Positions 58,126-64,000 of a stretch of DNA of 64,000 nt are shown one piece after another; position 1 is the first letter of the stretch, and every line of letters starts with the position of its first letter. This stretch comes from Pseudobdellovibrionaceae bacterium (lineage in GTDB: Bacteria > Bdellovibrionota > Bdellovibrionia > Bdellovibrionales > Bdellovibrionaceae). The stretch lies in the NCBI GenBank assembly GCA_039810425.1, contig JBDHWW010000001.1:64001-128000 (forward strand), read 5' to 3'. Below the pieces are notes generated by a model that saw only the letters and a program-made list of their open reading frames with translations, searched no databases and was not told where the DNA came from. A program made the translations under genes and the position numbers.

Positions 58126-59430
58126 ATGAAAACAAAAAATATTTTTTTTGTGGCCCTGGTGGTTTCTTTTTCAGCAGCTTTCGCCCAAGAGACAGAGCTT
58201 ATATCTTTGAGTGCCTATGCGCGCATTGCGAACGGGCAATTTCAAGATAAATTGCCGGTCGACATCCGGGATAAAGATATTTATTCGCCGAAGTCTGTGC
58301 GCTTTTCGACGGATGCCCGCAAGATTTATATCAACTCCCTCGAAGGCGGGAAGACGGTGGTGTACTCTTGGCCGGAGCTGCAGAAGCTAAAAACAATCGT
58401 TCACAAATTCACGGAAAAAGATGCGGCTCTTTTTGAAGGCGAAGTCAGCGTATTTGACTATAAGTTCTATTCCCAGCCGCCCACCGGCGATGTGAATCAG
58501 TTTGTGGGAAAGCCTGTGGAAAGCGAGCTGTCAGCTGACGGCCGTTATTTGTGGGTGCCGTACTATCGCCGTGATTGGGACCGCTACGGCCAATCACCCA
58601 GCGCAATTTCGATCATTGACACTCGCACGGATGAAATCGTGCGCGTAATGCAAACGGGGCCGATTCCAAAGTTTGTTGTGGCATCACCTGATGGCCACTA
58701 TGTGGCTGTGATGAATTGGGGCGATAACACGATTGGCTTGATTGATACTTCGAGCCGTGATCCTCGCCAGTATCACTATGTGGCTCACATAGTGGTGGAA
58801 ACACAACTGAGCCAGGATGGACTTGAGGGCACGGACCGTGATTCTACGTGCGGCTTCTGCCTTCGTGGCAGTCTTTTCACTCCGGATAGCCAATACTTGC
58901 TGGTGTCACGTATGGGAAAAGGCGGTATCGCCGGATTTCATATTCCAACGCGTACTTATTTGGGTTCGGTCATGAATATTGCTTCCACACCAAGGCATAT
59001 GGTGCTGAGTCCGGATGCTCAAACAATCTACGTGAGTTCGAATTACGCGGGTGTTGTTTCTAAAGCCCCTTTGTCAGAGGTTGTTAAAGCTTTGATCTCT
59101 GCAAAAGGCAAAAGAATCAACGGGCCGAAATGGAAATCAGTTTCCGTCGGTCAAGGGGCGCGGACATTGGATATTTCTCCGAAGGGCAGATTCCTATTTG
59201 TAGCGGTTAACGACACGGCGGAACTTGTAACTTTGGATGCGCAGACGTTGCAAGTGCTATCGCGTATGAATGTTGATCCGTTCGCGGTAGGCTTAGCGGT
59301 GGCACCGGACATGTCGGCGGTGATTGTAACAAGCCAGGGCCGGGCTGGGGAAGGCGGAGGCAATGCCGTTAACATCATTCGCGTGCGCGCTAACGACGGG
59401 CCCGTGCTTTCGACGATTAAGCTTCAATAA
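58126..59430 (+). CDS. Secreted YncE/YVTN-like beta-propeller protein
   Basis: Signal peptide MKTKNIFF...AAFA|Q; repeated blades such as ISIIDT.T..IV....TG..P, SPDG and DISPKGRFLFV. Confidence 0.8.
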   Translation: MKTKNIFFVALVVSFSAAFAQETELISLSAYARIANGQFQDKLPVDIRDKDIYSPKSVRFSTDARKIYINSLEGGKTVVYSWPELQKLKTIVHKFTEKDAALFEGEVSVFDYKFYSQPPTGDVNQFVGKPVESELSADGRYLWVPYYRRDWDRYGQSPSAISIIDTRTDEIVRVMQTGPIPKFVVASPDGHYVAVMNWGDNTIGLIDTSSRDPRQYHYVAHIVVETQLSQDGLEGTDRDSTCGFCLRGSLFTPDSQYLLVSRMGKGGIAGFHIPTRTYLGSVMNIASTPRHMVLSPDAQTIYVSSNYAGVVSKAPLSEVVKALISAKGKRINGPKWKSVSVGQGARTLDISPKGRFLFVAVNDTAELVTLDAQTLQVLSRMNVDPFAVGLAVAPDMSAVIVTSQGRAGEGGGNAVNIIRVRANDGPVLSTIKLQ

Positions 59431-60523
59431 GCCCCGGAGGTACTTCCCCTTTGGCAAGAGCTTGGGCCACTTTCTGGTGGTCCTCGCTACCAACGATCTT
59501 CAATGCTTCGTCTAACGGCATTGGGTCGGGGTGGGGAATCTTATCTTTCTTAACTTCCAGGATTTGCTTATAGCTGACCTCGAGGTCCGCTTTTTTCAGC
59601 GTGCCTTGAGCAATTGCTTCGGTAATTCCTTCGATGGCGCGTGGGGGTGACAAAGGCTCATTACAATAGAGCAGCACCTGGGCACCGGCTTGCATGGCAC
59701 GAACTGGAATTTGCTTTGGATCGTAGTGTTTCACCATTGCTTTCATATCGAGGTCGTCTGTGACGATCAAACCGCGATAGCGGCATTGTTCGCGAAGGAT
59801 CTTCTTCAGGAAAGTCTCTGACAACGTGACGGGCCAATCCGGGTCGACATTTTTAAAAAGAATATGAGATGTCATCACCATATCCACACGAGCTTTGAAA
59901 GAACGCTTAAATGGAATGAGTTCCAAACTGTCCAGGCGCTTCATATCGAGTTCTTCAACTGGAAGATCTTCGTGGCTGTCGACAATCGTATTGCCGTGAC
60001 CCGGGAAGTGCTTGGCGCAAGAGATGATGTTTGATTTGATGTAACCACGAACCAGAGCGGAAGTGTGCTTGGCGACCATCTCAGGATCGCTACTGATCGA
60101 ACGGTCGCCAATAACGGTGTTCTTTGGATTTGTGAAAATATCCACGCACGGGGCGAAATCCAAGTTGATGCCGACGGCATTGAGTTCCAAGCCCATTTTA
60201 TTAGAGAAGTGAAAGGTGACTGTGGCGTTGTCGAGATCACCGAGTTTTTTGAGCGGTGGCCACTGAGTAAATGGTGCCTTTAATCTTGCGACACGGCCGC
60301 CCTCCATATCGATACCGATAAAGAGCGGGGCTTTGTCTTGCATTTGACTGCGCAAAGATTGGATTTCTTTGCAGAGGGCATGAACCTGCTTTGGTTCAGA
60401 GACATTGCGGCCCATAAGAATGATGCCGCCGATGTTATTGTTAACGATGAATTTCTTTTCGTCCGGAGTCAGAGATTGCCCGGCAATCCCGATAATCATG
60501 TGTTGGCCGATCAGTTTATTCAT
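59417..60523 (-). CDS. nagZ: Beta-N-acetylhexosaminidase (GH3)
   Basis: IDMEGGRVARL, GINLDFAP, KHFPGHG..VDSH, TDDLDM. Confidence 0.93.
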   Translation of the reverse strand: MNKLIGQHMIIGIAGQSLTPDEKKFIVNNNIGGIILMGRNVSEPKQVHALCKEIQSLRSQMQDKAPLFIGIDMEGGRVARLKAPFTQWPPLKKLGDLDNATVTFHFSNKMGLELNAVGINLDFAPCVDIFTNPKNTVIGDRSISSDPEMVAKHTSALVRGYIKSNIISCAKHFPGHGNTIVDSHEDLPVEELDMKRLDSLELIPFKRSFKARVDMVMTSHILFKNVDPDWPVTLSETFLKKILREQCRYRGLIVTDDLDMKAMVKHYDPKQIPVRAMQAGAQVLLYCNEPLSPPRAIEGITEAIAQGTLKKADLEVSYKQILEVKKDKIPHPDPMPLDEALKIVGSEDHQKVAQALAKGEVPPGLIEA

Positions 60524-60546
60524 AAGTAGATCCCCTTTTATCGTCC

Positions 60547-61422
60547 TTATTTTCCAGCTGGTTTTGTTGCCGGTGGTTCTGCTTTGATTTGAATCCCTTG
60601 TCCCTGAGGAATGCCTTCTTGCTTTCCCGGATTTGCGGGCTGCATAGTCGAACTTTTTGAAACCAAATTTGTTTTGCCGGCAGGGACATCACTAAAGAGA
60701 CTTTTTAAAATACCTTGGCTGACAGGAAAGTTCTTTGTCGCTGCGGCCGGATCGGCGACGAGCTCGGTGGAAACACCTTGCGCAACAGATGTGGTGCCGA
60801 GAACCTCGCCGCGCTCATTCACATAGCTTAAAAATGGAACATCTTTAAACTTGTTTTGAACCTTGAAAGCTTTCAAACCCAAAAAAGCTTCCTCTTTACC
60901 CACGGAAGCCAGGCCTTTGTAGGCCTCAGCATCTTCTTCCGCGATGGCGGTGTAGTCATAGGCGGAATCGGTTTTCAGACCTTCTTTGCTTTTGAGCATG
61001 ACATAAACGAGGAACGTGCTAAGAAAAGTGTTCTTTGCAAGATCCTTGCGGATCATTTTTGTTTTGCCGGCTTCTTTTACTTCAGCAGTCATTTTCAAGC
61101 CGTTGAACTTTGCATCGATCGTTTTTGTCTCTTTGCCAACGATGCTTGTATATGAATAAGAAATCGGGCCTAGATCCGCGCCGGCAAAGGCTTTGAGGCT
61201 TTCGGTGATTTCCGCGCCTTGGCCCGTTGTCTTTAAAAAGTAAGTAGAAATGAATTTTTTGCTTTTTGCATCGAATTCATATTTTGAAATTGTGTAACCG
61301 ATGGGATTGCCGGCAGACATAATTTTGTAATAACCCTCAAATAAAACTTCCGCGTGGGCAAAAGAGAATGAGCACGCGCAGAAAATTGCAACAACCTTCA
61401 GTGGAGAGAGTATGCGGACCAT
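60547..61422 (-). CDS. Secreted hypothetical protein
   Basis: AAGGAGG RBS before ATG 61422; signal peptide ending SFAHA|E. Confidence 0.7.
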   Translation of the reverse strand: MVRILSPLKVVAIFCACSFSFAHAEVLFEGYYKIMSAGNPIGYTISKYEFDAKSKKFISTYFLKTTGQGAEITESLKAFAGADLGPISYSYTSIVGKETKTIDAKFNGLKMTAEVKEAGKTKMIRKDLAKNTFLSTFLVYVMLKSKEGLKTDSAYDYTAIAEEDAEAYKGLASVGKEEAFLGLKAFKVQNKFKDVPFLSYVNERGEVLGTTSVAQGVSTELVADPAAATKNFPVSQGILKSLFSDVPAGKTNLVSKSSTMQPANPGKQEGIPQGQGIQIKAEPPATKPAGK

Positions 61423-61551
61423 GGTCTGGGACCTCCTTGGGGGTACGGCTAAAAGTCTCACTTGGCCCCAGAGTGAAGTCAAAGAGTTCAAGGTCGAGTT
61501 CTCGACGGAAGTTGCTCCCGGGCAAAGAATCAGCAACAATAGTAGAACACG

Positions 61552-63732
61552 ATGATGAAATCTATTTTTGCACGCATTCGTAATCGTAAGGGCCAGGTGG
61601 CCATTTTTATCGCACTGATATTCCAAGTGCTTTTTCTATTTTTTGCGATGATCATCAACGTGGGTCTGCTAGTGCATCATAAAATTAATCTGCAAAACTC
61701 TGTGGATCTAGCCGCTTACTATGGAGCAATGAAACAAGCTGAGATGATGAATGCGGTGGCGCACGTGAATTATCAAATTCGCCAAAGCTGGAAATTGCTC
61801 GCATGGAGATATCGCCAGCTTGGAACCGCCGGCGATTACATAGTTCATCCCTATAACAAGCCACAAAAGAAGATTGATGCTTCGGATATTGAGGGATTAC
61901 CGGTGGGCTCAACGCCATCCCGTCAGCAGTACTATGATGCTCCGGCATTCTGTATTACTTATGCGCCTTTTTCCCCGATGCCATCGGCTCGTGAAAGCAC
62001 TTGCAAGGATCAAAGCGACCAGAAGACGATAAAACTTTTCAACCCTCCGCCCATTATCGCGGGTTTCTTGAGCATCAATACTGCGATCCATGTGGCGACC
62101 ACGCGTGCTTTGAACGAAGCCATTCAGCGCTGTAAGTACGTGGGTCAGTTCAATTATATGATCCTCGCGCGTTTTATTGCGGCTTACAATATCGATCAGG
62201 GCGAACGAAAGCAGTTGATTTCGATGCTGTCGCGTGGCCTTAGCGAAAAGCCGGATGATTTTCGTGATATCTCCGGCGAATTGGCGAGCGAAGGCATTAT
62301 CAAGACGTTCAGAAATAATCTGACTGAGGCAAATCGAAACTCTATCAAAGATGATCAAATCAAAATTATCAACGGGCTTGGTCAGAATGACTGCAATGCT
62401 GTCGGCCGAGCAAACACAGATCCGGCGAAATGGCTGTCAGAAGTTAAGATTAAACCGGCGTTTAACTATATGGACTTTTTGTGTGGATCGGGCAGTCCGC
62501 CAGAAGTAAAGCCAGATCCAAAAGAACTGACTCAACAAAATTTGCCGAATTACGTAAATGAGCTTCAAGACGATATTTCATATCTTTCCAAGTTAGTTGA
62601 TCCGCTTCAACCACCCTATAATGCATCCGTTGGCGTAGAAAAAAATCCCTGGTGTATGGCCTACGTTGGTGTGAGTGCGGAAACCAAGCCAAGCATTCCG
62701 TTTGCCCCGCTGGGCGGTGTGACCTTGAAAGCGCGGGGGTTCGCCAAACCTTTCGGAGGCAAGATCGGTCCATGGTACTACTCGCAATGGCCGCGCGGAT
62801 CCGATCAATCAAACGGTGGCAAGCGAATAGACGCCTTGTTGCCCTGGCGCGAAGGCGATAAGTCAAATCAAGCAGACCCAACCGATCCAACACGTGCAGC
62901 AAACTACAGCCGTTTTCCAGGTGATAAAGCGGGAATGAAGTCTCGTGCAGTGATGGGCCAATATGGCCGTGCTATTTACAATTTAAGTCAGGACTGGAGC
63001 CAACGGAGGCCCAATCCCGCTATCGATGATTCTCTGCCGGCGCACTGGAGTCGTTCGGTAGAGCCAAACTTCTATCACTGGAATCACTTGGGCCAGACCT
63101 TTACAGCTGAGAAAAGTGGAGACATTCTGGCCTGGGATAGCGTCACCGATGGTTATCCGCGCATGCGTGATCTGGAACTGATGGCGATTCTTCCAGATAT
63201 GTTTGACATCACTTACTACTCGATTGATCCGGATTACTATCACAACTATTACCTAAAGCTCACCAATGAATATATTAAAAAAGCTCCGGGTAGCTTCAAG
63301 TATGTGATTCGCCCTGACTTGGGAGTTCGCATGAACAGTAGTGATAAAGCTCTTTCAGAATACAGCATTCGCGATCAATACAAGCGCTATGAAAAGGTGA
63401 AAACCATGGATCCGCAGGCGGATGAACCAAAAGTAGAGTTTGAAACAAAGCTTATTTACATAGCGACTTCGGTGTATCAAGTTTTGACATCCTGGATTGG
63501 CAAAGACTTGATGGACTACTCTCTGGATGCCGAGAGATTTGGTAAATGCGTCTCTAAACCTGAAGATCTTTTGAAGGGCGGGCCCACCAGCGGCGACTGT
63601 ATAAATGGTGGACGCACGGGTTACTCGGTGAAAATGGTTTCGACAGACTACCTTCGCTCGCAAGATCTTGATCTCGGTGGCGAAGGTGGTGCGACGGGTG
63701 GTATTTTAAACCCTCCAAACAATGATTTCTAG
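61552..63732 (+). CDS. Tad-domain (TadG-like) pilus assembly protein
   Basis: RNRKG|QVAIF + TM + NVG......NLQNSVDLAAYYGA Tad motif. Confidence 0.8.
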   Translation: MMKSIFARIRNRKGQVAIFIALIFQVLFLFFAMIINVGLLVHHKINLQNSVDLAAYYGAMKQAEMMNAVAHVNYQIRQSWKLLAWRYRQLGTAGDYIVHPYNKPQKKIDASDIEGLPVGSTPSRQQYYDAPAFCITYAPFSPMPSARESTCKDQSDQKTIKLFNPPPIIAGFLSINTAIHVATTRALNEAIQRCKYVGQFNYMILARFIAAYNIDQGERKQLISMLSRGLSEKPDDFRDISGELASEGIIKTFRNNLTEANRNSIKDDQIKIINGLGQNDCNAVGRANTDPAKWLSEVKIKPAFNYMDFLCGSGSPPEVKPDPKELTQQNLPNYVNELQDDISYLSKLVDPLQPPYNASVGVEKNPWCMAYVGVSAETKPSIPFAPLGGVTLKARGFAKPFGGKIGPWYYSQWPRGSDQSNGGKRIDALLPWREGDKSNQADPTDPTRAANYSRFPGDKAGMKSRAVMGQYGRAIYNLSQDWSQRRPNPAIDDSLPAHWSRSVEPNFYHWNHLGQTFTAEKSGDILAWDSVTDGYPRMRDLELMAILPDMFDITYYSIDPDYYHNYYLKLTNEYIKKAPGSFKYVIRPDLGVRMNSSDKALSEYSIRDQYKRYEKVKTMDPQADEPKVEFETKLIYIATSVYQVLTSWIGKDLMDYSLDAERFGKCVSKPEDLLKGGPTSGDCINGGRTGYSVKMVSTDYLRSQDLDLGGEGGATGGILNPPNNDF

Positions 63733-63738
63733 AGGGAA

Positions 63739-63757
63739 ATGTCTCACTCTGAGACAT
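63739..63757. promoter_or_regulatory. Palindrome ATGTCTCA-N3-TGAGACAT, candidate transcription factor site
   Basis: Perfect 8-bp arms in the intergenic region; degenerate copies at 22588-22602 and 52488-52502. Confidence 0.5.
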
Positions 63758-63779
63758 CGGAAATTTTAATAACTTTGTT

Positions 63780-63807
63780 TCAAGACAGCCCGACCTATGT
63801 CCGATAA
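63780..63807 (+). promoter_or_regulatory. Sigma-28 (FliA)-like promoter candidate
   Basis: TCAAG-N15-TCCGATAA, about 20 bp upstream of ATG 63829. Confidence 0.45.
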
Positions 63808-63828
63808 GATAAATACTGGGGATGAATC

Positions 63829-64000
63829 ATGAAATACCTATCTAGCTGTACGGTCATCGGGCTTGTTTTGTTAAGTTCTCTTCCTGCGTTTTCAGATTAC
63901 AGCGCTGAGAAGCCACAGCCTCTTTCGGCGGCGAGTTTGGCCCTCCAACAATACCCAGAGCAAGCCAACAACACAAAGGATGGTGGTGAGGGTTATGAAC
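63829..64000 (+). CDS. Secreted protein, N-terminal fragment (runs off the window)
   Basis: MKYLSSCTVIGLVLLSSLPAFS|DYSAEKPQ... is open to the end of the window. Confidence 0.6.
   Translation, partial: MKYLSSCTVIGLVLLSSLPAFSDYSAEKPQPLSAASLALQQYPEQANNTKDGGEGYE

Overview
Chromosomal segment of a Bdellovibrio-like bacterium. This is inferred from the rpsB-tsf-pyrH-frr-uppS-cdsA-rseP gene order without dxr, an FQNC-type lipoprotein signal and Tad/type IV pilin-like genes; it was not checked against a database. The window has three parts. (1) 1-14.2 kb is housekeeping: pgeF, rluD, a MinD/FlhG-like ATPase, tsaB, rseP, cdsA, uppS, frr, pyrH, tsf, rpsB and an OPT transporter. (2) About 14.3-46.6 kb is a visibly AT-richer island of about 32 kb made mostly of tailoring enzymes: two radical SAM proteins with mirror-image domain order, four HxD...H 2OG-Fe(II)-like oxygenases, a desaturase, an AsnB-like amidotransferase, a GNAT-like protein, a Thr-nucleophile sulfatase-fold membrane protein, a spermidine-synthase-like membrane protein split at a T9 tract, two paralogous 4-His membrane proteins flanking a cytochrome P460-family gene and an aryl-sulfotransferase, five GT2s, a GT-C-like transferase, a UDP-glucuronate decarboxylase and a methyltransferase-like protein. 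Three type IV prepilin-like genes sit among the glycosyltransferases. No scaffold synthase, precursor peptide, integrase or tRNA was seen. The leading hypothesis is a surface-protein (minor pilin) or envelope hypermodification system. (3) 46.6-64 kb is core/envelope genes: priA, galU, an M23 peptidase, a TonB-family protein, nagZ and a Tad-domain protein, plus a 42-aa basic ORF missing from the ORF track, two divergent sigma-54 promoter matches and a recurring GTCTCA-N3-TGAGAC palindrome. No rRNA, tRNA, CRISPR array or IS element was recognised.
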